Below, piece after piece: positions 12,611 to 25,279 of a stretch of DNA of 64,000 bases. This DNA comes from Gekko japonicus (Eukaryota). The stretch covers positions 1-64,000 of the forward strand of contig NW_015159764.1 of the NCBI RefSeq assembly GCF_001447785.1, given 5' to 3'. Numbering within the stretch: the first letter of the stretch is position 1; the number at the start of each line of letters is the position of its first letter. Made by a program: the position numbers and the translations under genes. The notes beneath the pieces are model-generated. The model was not told the DNA's origin. It saw nothing but the letters and a program-made list of their open reading frames with translations, and made no database searches.

Positions 12611-13874
12611 CCTATCCAGCTCTGTGAGTGCAATGCCAAAAAGGGATGACTAAGGATATCTGGTATAAAGGAATAAAACACAGTTTGAGTCCAGTGGCAC
12701 CTTTAAGACCAACTCTTGAGGAGGGAGATGCAGAGGAAACCAGTAGGAATACATTGTTTAGTGGTGGAGCATGAAGAAAGGATCAAGAAAAGTATAAAAT
12801 TTGGATATGGGGAAAAGGAAGTTTGTTGTGGTTGTGGAGAGTGCTAGAAGTGCAGCAGATGGATTGAAGAACTGTTGGCTGAGGTTAATTTTGCCTTGTG
12901 TAGATTTGTACCTGTAGTGACACTGGTAGGTGTTAGGGGTGTGGGAAAGTCTGGTCCAAGTTGTTTTAGTATTTTTTTTTTAAAAAAAACTTGAGTCTGG
13001 CTCTTTAATATAGGAATTAAAAGAGATCGTATTAATAAATCATCTGATCGTCATCTGCAATCCACTGGACTTTGGTGGAAGTTTCAATGAGGCTTGCTCT
13101 CAAGTAAGTGTGCATAAAATTGTAGCCCTCAGTTCTCAAAATGTCCAGAAGCAGTTATTTTTCAAACCATGTTTTAAAAGCATGGGGTTTAAATCCAAGT
13201 GAGAAAATAGATGTTTTCTAACAATCTTGTTCCACGCTGAGCAAAAAGTAAACATTGCTTATGGGATGCTAAACTATGAGAAACAAATCTCCTTGTGAAC
13301 AATTGGTATTAAAATTCTGTCTGAATCAACAGAAAAGTAGCATCCAGCAGATTTCTGGGAAGATGATTAATTTCTTTGGCAAGAAAACCAGTGTTGATGT
13401 TTTTTAAAGGAGGGGGGAGGAGAGAAGCTTTTGTACCTAGAATTTGTTTTGGATTAGCAGAAAATCCCACTTCAGATTATGTGGGAGGCTGCATGTTTGA
13501 ATGAAGCTGGTTCCCTGCTGGAGTTGCCAACTCAGTCCTGGAAACTGGCTTTCTTGCTTTAATTGAACAGATTGGACAAAATCAGGTTATCTTCTGACTA
13601 GGCCTTCAATTTCTTCCAAATATAATGCAAAGTGATCTTTTTTGGATTCAGTGGGAAGCTGTCAGGAATTGCATCTGACACTAGAAAGGAAGTTTTGTAC
13701 CTCAGTTATTCTTATCCACATTGGTTCAGTCTGGTTCTCTTTTGATGTCAGTTTAACCTGGTTGAGGCATGTGCTATGTGTTCCACCAAGCTGAACCCAA
13801 TGAACCGGCTGTATATTGTGGTATATCAAACACTCCATAATCACCAGGCTTTTGCTGTCCTTGAGAAACAGCAA

Positions 13875-14239
13875 TGAATTGCTGCATAAGTTCATACAAT
13901 AAATCAATATGAATGATATACCGAGATGCATCTTTATCATTTATCCGGAAACAATTGTTAGTAACAAGAGCTGTAGAAAGCCATTCATGAATGTATGAAT
14001 ACCTTTGTGGTGAATTTGACTATAATAGCAACACTGGAAAATTGATGTTTGATAAAGACGCATCTCGAAACGAACGACCAAACTCGAGAAGTTCGTCTCT
14101 GTTGATCTGTTGAAAAAACAAAGATTAAAAAGACATGGAGAATGTAGTATATCATTCATATTGATTTATTGTATGAACTTATGCAGCAATTCATTGCGTG
14201 TTGATACTGTTCTATTTGCTGTGCCCTTAGTCTTCACTG
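13875..14239. mobile_element. TSD-flanked fold-back insertion of Penelope-like architecture
   Basis: Perfect 51-bp inverted repeat (13871-13921/14147-14197), second inverted repeat (13922-13939/14050-14067), and 15-bp direct repeat CTTGAGAAACAGCAA at 13860-13874 and 14240-14254. Confidence 0.7.
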
Positions 14240-14386
14240 CTTGAGAAACAGCAAACCAGGAAGTTTATTGAGTTACACAGGGATGGTCAAATATGACTAG
14301 TGGCCTGTGTTTAACATAGAGCATCATAAATTATGAATGTTTGCTCTTCACTGAATAAATTCAAGCAACTTCAAAGTACTTCAACA

Positions 14387-15379
14387 TAGGGTTGCCATTC
14401 CCCCGATGGGGGCAGGAGTTTACCTGCTTTCGGGGGACCTGATTCACCACCATCAAAGCCGGCTGGCAGGGGGAACCCCACCCCCAAAGATCCCCATCTG
14501 CGCCAATGTGCCCAGTGCAATGACATCATCCATAGGTTATGTCATTGTGTGTCATGATTGCCCAAGCGGGCGGGCAAGGCACGGAGTATCCAGGAAACAC
14601 AGACAGAGTTCAGGGCACCAGAGAGGCAGAGAAAACAAACACAGTTCAAGATATCAAATTACTTGCAGAGGTTCAGGGTTACCGGAGCTTCGTAGTTAGA
14701 AGTGTAAAGCCGTTGTCCAGAGTCCGGTTACAAATTCCAGGGTCGAGGAGCCAGAAGACAATGTCACACAGTCCGTAGTCCAAAATAGCCAAGGGAGTCA
14801 AACAGGGAGTCAGGAAACCAGATGCAAAGTCAGAGGTGCCGCGATGTAATCATGCGATCAGTTGCCAGCACAAGGTGGATAGTGAAGAGGGCTTCCTTAA
14901 AAGCCCGTTCCCTGTGTCATTAATTACTGGCTGATTAATGAGTTCTGGCTCCAGTTAATACTCTGGACTCAGAGTATGCCTCCCACGCATGCGTGCTTCT
15001 CTATGCCTGGTTGTCAACTCCCGTCTCCTTTGGCCTCATAAACAAGCTACAGGTGGAGGGGAAGCAGGGGGTGTGGAGCTGGTGCTCGGCTCAGAAGGAG
15101 TGGCTCCAGGTGTGAACCTTTCTGGCAGTCAGTGTTCATCCTCTGCAAAACTTACGTCCAGGGGTGCAGGGAGCTCTTCCTTGGAGGAGGAAGGTGCAGA
15201 GTCCTCGGGATCAGGGTCCACTGGGTCGGGCGGCATGGTGGGCATGACATTGTGCAGGGCAAGTTGTGGGGGGATGCTCTAGCATTTGAGAAAAAACTCT
15301 ATGGTTACCACAGACTCCAGGGCACGAAAAGGGACTCCCTCCCCCCCAGCTGGCAGCCAGGTAAGACCTGGCAACCCTA
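14387..15379. mobile_element. hAT Blackjack-like MITE interrupted by a solo LTR
   Basis: TAGGGTTGCCA...TGGCAACCCTA termini. The internal sequence resumes after the LTR. Confidence 0.75.
14550..15249 (-). mobile_element. Solo LTR (Gypsy-like), 700 bp
   Basis: TGTCATG...CATGACA inverted termini and 5-bp TSD TTGTG (14545-14549, 15250-15254). Strand inferred from base composition. Confidence 0.8.
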
Positions 15380-15517
15380 CTGCCATATGACTATTTTTTT
15401 TCTATATACAATTTAGAAATTTACAGTACATTTTTACATCCTGAAAAAGATGCTTCGTAATTCAGAAGGTTGGACTGGTGTCAACTTCTGAATCTGATTT
15501 AGGTTTGGTTCTACAAT

Positions 15518-15703
15518 GAGCAAAATTCATCTTGCCCAAAAGTGGATATGCCTGCCACCAGTTTAAAAGAATGCCCCAAATGTATCACTGGAAAAACCAA
15601 CTGATCATTTTCCTCTATACCTTTAACAAGTGAATGAGAGTGGGGTGGATCCTGCCCATATCCTACCACTCCACTGAGCAAAGTTTATTTATTAATTAAA
15701 ATA
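15518..15703. repeat. Dispersed ~190-bp direct repeat, copy 2
   Basis: Homologous to 11254-11450 with one internal indel of ~11 bp. Confidence 0.9.
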
Positions 15704-17111
15704 TTTATACCCCAGTTTCATTTTGGCTCAGGCCTGAAGCCTTATGGGTTGCTGTAGAGTCCCAGTTACACCTTTCAGAAATCTGCCTTTGCGTGAAACA
15801 CTTAACATTGAAAAGCAGAGTGCTATTCACTAGGGAATTCATTAGGCTATTTGGTAGAGGACAATACAACATGAAAATGGGAAATATCAAGGGATATTAC
15901 TCTTTATAGCTCCACCAGCATATCATTCTTGTGTGCTTATGTTTAGAATCTTATGTTCCATAATGATTCAATAGAGTAACCAGCAATGTGAAGGTTACCT
16001 TTTTCAAACAGCAACAGCACTATCTGCGTAGCATAAATGTGGTCTGCAAAGAAAGTTCCTTAGTATGTTATGAGTACAACAGGCTACAGATGTTTGATAT
16101 TTAGAAAATGTTCCCCAAAGAAGATAGGCTTAGATTCCTATCTAATATTGGAAAAATTAACGAGGGTCTATTCTTCTGTTCTAGAAAAAGGAGGTCTCTA
16201 AAACCGTCTTCATACATTGAAGTGTGTTCACAGGGAGCTGCTGCATTGGGACTCCTGTCTTTATACTCAGATGATGGGACAAGTTCAAGGCTAGAGACTA
16301 TGGTTCCTTTCCATAGCCTTCTTAGAAACTGGGACAATGCTGGTACGGGCAGGAGCCATGATGTTCCATGATGTTCCAGGTTTCTCACATTCCTCAGTGA
16401 TACAGAACAAGGCCCTGCTGTTTTTAGACAGTTAAATTTAAGCTTTAAAGGGAAAGTATTATAAATGTTTGACTCAGTTTATAAAGGGATCAATGATGGG
16501 AAGACTTGATGTAACTAAGCTAGTTTGAGGATCTCCTCTCTTGGGTTTTTAGTCAGTAGTAGGTTCTTTACTTTATCCCGTATATGTAGTTTCCCTTCCC
16601 TTTTCTTCTGTTATAGTTTTGTAGTGTTATAAAAAATAATAAAAAATCCCCTCCGGGGGCTCAAAAAAGAAAAAGAACAAGAACAAGCCCCTGCTACAGC
16701 AATTCCCTGCTTCACATGATAATATGTTATTTGTATCCTGTGTAAGGTGAGGTCAATTTTCCTGTGATGCATTCTCTCCCTCTTCCCCCATGATAAGCAG
16801 CCTGCCTCTTTTACAAAATGGAGCCTGTTGGGCTTCAGTCTCTCTCACATACATACATGCCAGACACATGACAGATCATCACAAGTCTGCTTGTTCATGT
16901 GTAAAGTGTGCCTAGGCAGGGGATTTTTTGTTGTTGCTGTTCATCAACAGCTTTTGAGAGGTTTTGAGACAATGGAATGAAAAAAAATGCTATGATGAAT
17001 TAATGTAGCGGAGAGTTCATATGTGCATGTATGCAGGGGTCAGTGTCCCTCCTAGTCTCTGTTTTAAAAATAATGCTCCCCTGAAATATTCTGTATTTTA
17101 TTATAGTTTCA

Positions 17112-17359
17112 GGGAGGGATGCCAGCCTCCAGGTGGGACCTGGGGATCCCCTGGAATTACAACTCATAATCCAGACTACAGAGATCAATTTCCCTGGAGA
17201 AAAAGTATGCTTTGGAGGGTGGACTCTATGGCATTGTACCCCACTGAGGTCTCTGCTCTCTTTAGGCTCCACTTCAAATATCCAGGAGTTTCCCAACCTG
17301 GAGCTGGCAACCCTACACCCCATCACCCAATAGTGGCCAAGGTAGACCTGGCAACCTTA
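17112..17359. mobile_element. hAT Blackjack-like MITE
   Basis: Same family as 32401-32619 (GCCAGCCTCCAGGTGGG...GGTGGACTCTATGGCATTGTACC...TGGCAACC). Confidence 0.8.
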
Positions 17360-17672
17360 GTTCCATGGTAGCAGAATATGGAGCTGGTTCAAGCCAGATT
17401 TAACATGTCCCTTTCTTTACTGACTGGGACTAGAGAAATGGTAATGGAGGATGCTGGAGGGCCCCATTTTCTTTACTTTGGGGCATTCCGCATGGGTTAT
17501 CTCTCCCAACTTCAATGCTTTTTGAAAGTACATTTTTTTCTTGCTTCCCCACAACATTGTGGTGCATTCGTTCACCTCCAGGAGTTCCTCCCTTTTCTTT
17601 AGTCTTTCTCAAACCTGTTTTGCTTCAAAGTTTTGGGAAAGATCATGGTAAAACCTGGATAGGTGCTGTGTG

Positions 17673-17878
17673 CAGTGTTCCCTCTAAGCTGCATTAGTGT
17701 GAGCCAGCTCACAGGTTTTTAGCCTCCAGCTCACACATTTTCGTCTTAGCTCGGGAAGGATGGCTCCAGAGGAAACTAATTGATGCAGTAGCCAAATCGC
17801 TCGCTCACAACTTTAACGCCAGTAGCTCACAAAGTAGAATTTCTGCTCACAAGACTCCACAGTATAGAGGGAACATTG
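17673..17878. mobile_element. hAT MITE (CAGTGTTCCCTCTAAG TIR)
   Basis: TIRs plus 8-bp TSD GCTGTGTG (17665-17672, 17879-17886). An inverted copy lies at 54273-54478. Confidence 0.9.
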
Positions 17879-18928
17879 GCTGTGTGGTAGGTAAATTCAG
17901 ATTTTCTGGCCCACATGGCAGCCATTTCCCCCAATCCTGTCCCTGAACCAGGCATTGCCTCCCAAGTCTCACCCGGGGGGCTTTTGTTTATTTTTAAAAT
18001 CATCACTAGAATATTGTTATATTGGTATATCATTGTGACGACAGGTGCATCAGGTTCTCTAAATTATCAGCTTTATTTTTTTTAAAAAAAATAAGTCTCT
18101 AGCTCTTTTCCCTCTAAAGATATGCCTTTTCCCATTTATCTTTTCAAGGAAAGGGGCTAGGTACGTACTTTAAAAAAAAGAAGAAGAAAGGTTGGAATTC
18201 AGAGAACCTGGTTTATTTATTGTTTAAAAAGATATACTGATATAGTAATATTCTATTTATTTATTTATTTGTTGTATTTATAACCCACCCTCCCCGCAAG
18301 CGGGCTCAGGGCAGCTCACATTGCCTGGCACAGTGTGCCAAAGTTCATATACAGTCAAAACATTTAAAACTTAAAACATTTAACACTGTTAAAACATTTA
18401 AAACATTTAAAGAGCTGGTTTAAAAAAAAAAAACTTCAAAAGCCTTGGTGAGGTAGAGAAGGGGGAGTTGCCATTTCCAGGAGACTGGGGCAGGGAAACC
18501 GCTAAGAAACCTTCCATGTGGAGGCCCCATTGCTGCTGCACTTTATTTACAGTCACAGTCCAATGTGGAAGCCATAAAATCCCATTGCCATGTAGAAGAT
18601 ATCTTTGGCTGTGGTCACATGAGCAGTTCACGCCAATATCATCATGGTACCTTTGCAGATGTAAAGACTATGATCAGATAAAAACATCTGCCTTCCATGC
18701 CCCAATCGTCAGCACCCAGGTCCAGTGTGTCCTTAAAGTGGAGTTTGCTGACACCAGGAAAAGTCTGTTCTTTATGTATGCCAGTGCTTCCATACTGCAT
18801 TTTCTGATGTCTGAACCCCCTGGTGAGAAGTCAAGCCATTTTGGAAGTCTGAGCCTTTACTTCCATTTCCACCTCCTTTGGTTTTTGATCAGGTAGCTAT
18901 GTGCACATAAGCACATAATTGCCCTTGG

Positions 18929-19030
18929 CAGGGGTCATTTCGTAGAAAAAGAGGTGCAGGAGCTCATTAGCATAACTCATTAGCATACCTTATTTGCATA
19001 TGCCACACCCCCTGACATCACCGGGGTCAG
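18929..19030. mobile_element. End of hAT MITE carrying an octamer array
   Basis: CAGGGGTCATTTCGTAGAAAAAGAG...CTCATTAGCATAACTCATTAGCATA...ATTTGCATATGCC is the reverse complement of the end of 25280-25592. Confidence 0.7.
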
Positions 19031-20118
19031 AAGGCAACACCCACTGCTCAGGCTCCACTGGACTGTTTTGGATTGCTAGCTATGGGGGGGGGGGACATGC
19101 AGATCTGTCCTGGCAGAGGAGGGAGGGCTTGTACCTGAATAAAACTTGGTCATAAAGGTGCCACTGGACTGTTTTGGGCCAGGGGGCCAGTGGGGGCTCT
19201 GCGACATACCTGGCTGTTTCTTGCTCTGACTGAGGGCTGCTGGGAGCAGGGGGTGGGGCTTGTTGCATGTGCCCACCCCCTGGGCTCTTTACTGCCAGAG
19301 CTCTGCTCCTGTGTGCTCCTGCAGGAAAGGACCCCTGGCCCTTGGCATTGTCAATCGCTGTAACCAGGGATTGGGAGTCCCTGGGGGAGTTGTTTTTGAA
19401 TGACAAATCACCCTCCAAACCTCGCTCTCCTGCTTCTGCATCAGAGCTGCTGTTTGAGAGCATCCCATGATTGACACAAGGGTAAATGCAGTGACGTTGA
19501 TGGGACTACTCTAATGTAAATCTGCACTTGACCCCCCCCCAATGTATTCCAAGGAAGAGAAGGGAAGGAGGCTGAGAGGGGCCGGAGTACTTGGCTGAGG
19601 GGTTGTGGAGATATTAAAAAAGAGCCAAAGCTGCAAATACACTCATGCACATGGGTGAAAGACCAAAAAAAAAAAGGATGCTGCAACAATCTGAATGATT
19701 GGCCATGGGGTGAGCACACAGTGAAGTCATTTCAGGGTGTGATGTCTGATCAAAACTTCCTGCAATTATTTAAATCAAAGCAAATAGAGGTGCAGCCAGA
19801 TCGCAACAAGCCTCCAGTGTGACCACAGCCTGAGTTTTGTATAGTTTGTTTTGAGTAAAGTTATAATCTGTTTAATTTAGATGAGCATATTCTTACATGT
19901 TTGCCTCATCTTATGCCCTACATTTGCTTCTGTGTCTCTGGGTGGGGTGGGGTGGGGTGGGGTCTCATCCCACCTCCATGTTCCTGGTCTGCAAGGGAGA
20001 ACTTCAGTGGCCTGAAGCAGAAATGTTTTCTGTCTGCCTGCAATTTGGCAGGGAAGTTCCCTTGGGTGAGGGCTATGCATTTTCCATTGAAACTACTACT
20101 GAATTAATTACCTCAGAC

Positions 20119-20310
20119 CAGGGGTGGCCAAACTTGCTTAATGTAACAGCCACATAGAATAAACATCAGCTGTTTGAGAGCTGCAAGACATGAACAAATA
20201 TTACACACACATTTTATTGAAAAATATGCAAATTTGCTTTTTATTAACATTAAATTAGACTGTGTGAAAGAGCCACATGCGGCTCCCGAGCTGAAGTTTG
20301 GCCACCCCTG
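20119..20310. mobile_element. hAT (Charlie-like) MITE
   Basis: CAGGGGTGGCCAAACT/AGTTTGGCCACCCCTG TIRs and 8-bp TSD CCTCAGAC. Confidence 0.92.
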
Positions 20311-20934
20311 CCTCAGACACATGCTGTAATGATATTAAGGAATCCAAACACAAATTGTAATGAACAAAATGAGATCACCTAATATAACTTATGTGTGCAT
20401 CCCTAGAAAATACTCATGCCATATTTGACTTAGTAAACTCTTCATTTTTAAAGGCTAATCTCTGTGTAGAAAAATTGTAATGTTTGAAGAACTCTTTGAT
20501 GAGGTACTTTCCAGCTTACCCATAGATAAAATTCAACTAATGCTAATGTGTGTTTGTTAATATGTAAACAAATTTAAAAGTACAATCTTAAGTAGGCCTA
20601 CGCAGAATAAAATCTCATTTTATTCAATAGGGCTTGCTGCCACAAAAGTCTTCTGAGGATTGTATCCAATGTGACATGATGACTGCAATCCTAAATGCAC
20701 TTTCCTGGAAGTGAGCCCTATTGAATGAAATGTGAACTACTTCTGAGTAGCTGTGTTCAGGATTGCTCTCTACATTTCTGTACTGACTAGTGGACCAGGA
20801 TAAGATTAAAAAAATAAAACTAGGGAGGACCCACCAGGTATCAGTTCAGTTGTTAAGTGAAGAACCTGACAGAGCCCTTTTCCTTTAAAAATTGTATAAT
20901 AGGTAAAATTTCAGCAGATATGGTTTCTCCTATC

Positions 20935-21569
20935 ATTGCTCAAACTGACTATAAAGAATGTCACAATACAGTTGCCGCTAAATTGCACTGGAATTTTTGC
21001 AAGAAGTATGGCTTACTATCAGCCAGAAATTCAAGGGAGCACAAACCAGGCTAGATCATGGAGAATGATGAAAGAAAAATTATTTGGGGCTTCCAATTGC
21101 AAACTGACCAGGCAAGATCATGGAGAATGATGAAAGAACAATTATTTGGGGCTTCCAATTGCAAACCGATAAACACCTGGAGTATAACATCCCTGATATC
21201 ACAATTGCAGTAAAAATGAGAAAAAAAGGTTTGGATCATTGACATTGCAAACCCAAGAGACAGCAGAATAATAAAGAAAGAACAGGGGAAAATCATGAAA
21301 CACCAAGACCTACAAGTAGAGTTAGAGTGCCCCTGGGAGAAAAGGTTGCCATCATGCCAGTTGTCATTAGAGCCCTTGGAGTGGTGCCTAGAAGTCTCAA
21401 GAGACATCTGGATATTCTAGGCATTGAGCAAATAACACCAGCTTAGCTCCAGAAGATAGTGTTCCTTGGAACAGGAAGAATCCCACAAAGATACATCTGC
21501 AGTTCCCAAGAACTTGGCTAGATCTCGATTTGCAGAACACCATCTACCAGTCAAATATCTGACAGTGAC

Positions 21570-21570
<1 letters not shown>
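20935..21570 (+). mobile_element. Dong/R4 LINE 3' fragment (restriction-like endonuclease region)
   Basis: TDYKECHNTVAAKLHWNFCKKYGL, ...NIPDITI, VWIIDIANPRD and PVVIRALG motifs. Contains a 62-bp tandem duplication (21045-21168) and ends at the (CTT)n tract. Confidence 0.75.
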
Positions 21571-21600
<30 letters not shown>

Positions 21601-21619
21601 CTTCTTCTTCTTCTTCTTC
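21571..21619. repeat. (CTT)n microsatellite running into a gap
   Basis: Directly visible. Confidence 0.98.
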
Positions 21620-21771
21620 NNNNNNNNNNNNNNNNNNNNNNNNNNNNNNNNNNNNNNNNNNNNNNNNNNNNNNNNNNNNNNNNNNNNNNNNNNNNNNNNN
21701 NNNNNNNNNNNNNNNNNNNNNNNNNNNNNNNNNNNNNNNNNNNNNNNNNNNNNNNNNNNNNNNNNNNNNNN
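21620..21771. other. Assembly gap (N run)
   Basis: Ns in the sequence. Confidence 1.
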
Positions 21772-24700
21772 CCTCCAGAAGGGTTGTGGGGGGGGGGGCA
21801 GCATCCTGGGAGAAATAAATAAAAGCAAGGCCTTGTCTACTTACAGGAAGTTCTGACCATAACATTCCTTGTAATTCCTAGAATTATCTGGAAGTGAAAA
21901 TGTGTAGCTCTGGGAATTGCCAAAAAGTCTATGGTAACCTTGCCACAGTTTCTGCCAATTCCTAGAGGCATCCTTTGTCATTTCCAGGTAGCTCCAGTAA
22001 TTGCCAAGAACTCTATGGTCAGTACTTCCTTTAAGCAAAAGAGGCCTTATTTTTCTTTCAAATTTCCTCCCCAAGGATGATGCCCCCCTCCAATTTGGCC
22101 CCAGTTTCTGCTTGCCAACCAGATAAGCATCAGCAGGCAAGGGCAGCAAACCAGGATGTTTCCCACCATAAGCAGGCAAATGTGAACCTATTTGACCCCC
22201 AGCACAATTTGGGATAAGTCAATGTACTACAGTATGTGTTGGAAGTCCTACTCACTCAGCCAGTTTCACTCTATAGTCAGTCATTTGGATCTAGCCCTAT
22301 ATGGATAAAGAACTACAGCACTGCTGATAATTGTTAACTTTCAGTTGCATCCTGAGGAGCTGCCTCTATCCTCATCGTCATTAAGTGTGTACACTTGTTT
22401 CTATACAACAAGCACACATGAAAATGGCAGGTCCTGCTAGCCTCACCTCTTTTGTGTAGTTGGCCCAACTTTAGAAAGGGCTTATATGTTGCTAAGCTCT
22501 ATATGCATGTCCAGGGAGCTTACAACAAAGCAGAGTTCCCCACTGCGTGGTCCGAACCAATACAGCACAGCTCTCTGAGAAGTTAAGCTCAGAAGGGGGA
22601 AGGAAGACATGATTCTGTTCCTTCCTGTATTCACTGTACACAGGGATAATACAATTCTTTGGGTTGTCTTTCTATCCTGTCTGATGAGGCATTCTGTGTC
22701 TCTTGAGGTCCTGCATGCCCCTCCACTGTTATTAGTTTGATTTTTTAAAGGATGTTACTTGACCTAGGATACATCTTATGACTGATTTTAATTGTATTTA
22801 TATATGTGTTTTTATGTAAGCCGCCCTGAGCCTGCTTTGGCGGGGAGGGCGGGGTACAAATTGAATAAATAAATAAAATCAATTAAAAATAAAAATTCCT
22901 GAATAACATGTAAAAAATTTATAATGATTATGGAGAATTTTGGAGATCAGCTTGAACCGTCACAAAGAGAATATGCTTTTAAATGAGAAGTCCCTACTTA
23001 ACTCCCCTCCCCCCATTATCACCAGATGGCACCCGTCACACATATGTAAACAAGCAGTCAAGCAGGCAGCCTGAATAACTCACTTCTCTGCTGTTTGAAT
23101 TTTTCAGGTGCAAAGGCTCATTGGTTTCCTAGGCATTATTACTGCATGCCCTGACACAGTCCAAGCATTTTGTCTTGAGGAATGCAAGAAGTCAAAGTGG
23201 AGACATTAATGTAGTTCAAGAACCAGAGTTTTCGAGTTTACAGTTCACAGAAACATGGCAAGTCAATAAATACTGCCCCCCCATCAGAAATCAGATCTTT
23301 GGAGTCATTTCCAGTCTAAATTCTGCAAATCTCTTTATTGATATGATCTGCCAGGGTAGTTTAATATGATAGATCAAGAAGCGAATGGACTGGAGAAATG
23401 AAACTATTCGCTCAGCTCAGGAGATGGATGTCCATAAGTGGAGTTTATCTAACTTCGGCAGGGTTAAGATGCCCTAAAGAAGCTAATATGTGGCCAAACT
23501 GGGGGGGGGGAATTTCTTTGTTTATTTGTTTTATTTACAGCCTGTCTCTCACTGATACTGAAGGCAGACTACATGGTATTATGCAGTGCAATTCAAATAA
23601 CATGATAGCATGAGATATTTAATGGACAGTGCAATATGACTAGGATTACCAAAATCAGAAACATGCAGACAAGTATCATATGTGATGTTAAATTCCATTA
23701 TAGAATTATAGAATTAGAATTATAGAATTAGAACACAATCTAGTTAAGAGCAGCATAACATGTACCATAAACAGATACATACCTGTCATGATCTGGGCTG
23801 TGCCACAGAGGCCTACGAGGCCCAGGGAGCCTGGCTAGCAGTAGGGGAGGCTGGGCCTACAAACCCCAGAAGGCCTTGGGAAGTTTTGGCACCAATTTTG
23901 ACCAATAGGGAAGAAGACGGCTGGGGAATATAAGAACTGGTACAAGGGGAAAAGCTGTTCTTCTTCCCAGGAAACAGAGCCAGAAGAGAGGCTGCTGTGG
24001 GGAAGAAACCCTCATCCTGAGGGAAGGGTGAGTAGTCTGAGGCCACTTGAGATAGGGAGCTAGGGACAATATATATTTAGACACGTTAGGGCATTTAATT
24101 TCTTTTCTTTCCACCCACTTACTGTTATTATTCTGCACCTTGATGTTTGACCTCCTATAAAATGAACCTTTTCCTTGTTGTGCTCTGTGTGGTCCTCATG
24201 CCTATTATTCAGCCAAAAAGGGAGGTCTGAAGATCTTGGGAGGGTGCTCTGGGCCTTTGTGCAATCATCCTTTGTGCAATCTACATTTATTGGCAGACAG
24301 TTGTTCAAGTTTATTGGATCTTTTCCTTTCCCATTTTTTTTTTTGGTGTGTAGTTCAAACCAGCTGGAGGGGAGTTGCATTAGATCAGAGACATCACAGC
24401 TGAAGGGGGATCTCTTCTCACCACCACTTTCCCCCAGTCTAAGGCATATCCTCTCCCCAAAGCTATATTTTTTCCCCTCAGAGAAATAATACCACTACAA
24501 TGGAAGTAACTACATACTTTTCTCTGCTGGTAAAATAGCAGCTTTGGGGCAGGGTTGTATATTGGGGAAATGCAATGGAAGTGAGAACCTCCATTCCCCG
24601 AGTACTGTGGTCCCAGTCTTACCTATGCTGTCCTCCAGACTTGTTTCATGCAGCTGCTCTGAATTTGTAAGAAATTCTCATTACAGACCTCCAGAATCAG

Positions 24701-25279
24701 GCATATTTGGGGGTAAGTTTTATGGAAAATGAAACTTGAATCTAGTAATACAGAAGTTCTGCTGCATAGAAAATAAAGATTTATAAGAGAAAAGTATACA
24801 GTTATTCTGTTAAGTGGAATGTTCATACAATCTATTTAAAATAGTTTGATAAGAATACTTAAAATTACAAGGATAATCCTTGCTGAATATGTCACTGAAT
24901 ATATGTCACTCCATACACTGAATATATGTCAATGAAGTCAAATTGTAAAGTCACAATATTATGTTTATGGGTTCTTATTCATGCAAAGATAATATTCCTC
25001 CTCAGAGAAGACATTGATTTAATCCTAGCTCTGGCAAAGGTGGTAAACATGGATGGCTTTAAACTAAATACTCCTCTACACAAACATTGCATCCACAGCA
25101 AGGATTATCCACTGCCATGTCATCTCTGCTATAAACACAGGCATTCACCCTGGCAACGGGTCATCCACACTGGAATTTTCTGCACTTTCCTCAGTCAGCC
25201 ATCTTTTCCATGCATTTTCCCACATCACACCACCAGAGGGCTTTTCAGAAAATTAGAATTTACTATTGTACCATAGTTC

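Noticed and set aside
14068-14125. Resemblance to rhabdovirus terminal/gene-junction motifs (ACGAACGACCAAAC, TGAAAAAAC)
   Set aside because: Very short matches with no viral ORF nearby. The fold-back/TSD architecture explains the region better.
21466-21865. ORFs with poly-L/K/E and X runs
   Set aside because: They span a microsatellite and an N gap.
22670-22765. CTGATGAGG...TAAAGGATGTTAC, possible Penelope hammerhead relic
   Set aside because: The GAAA core and stems are lost. Too decayed to call.
24623-24658. 36-nt minus-strand exon-like segment (QLHETSLEDSI), plus similar ones near 16000-16043, 9030 and 4210-4324
   Set aside because: Plausible splice sites, but no recognisable protein and no consistent phase with the candidate first exon. 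Expected by chance.
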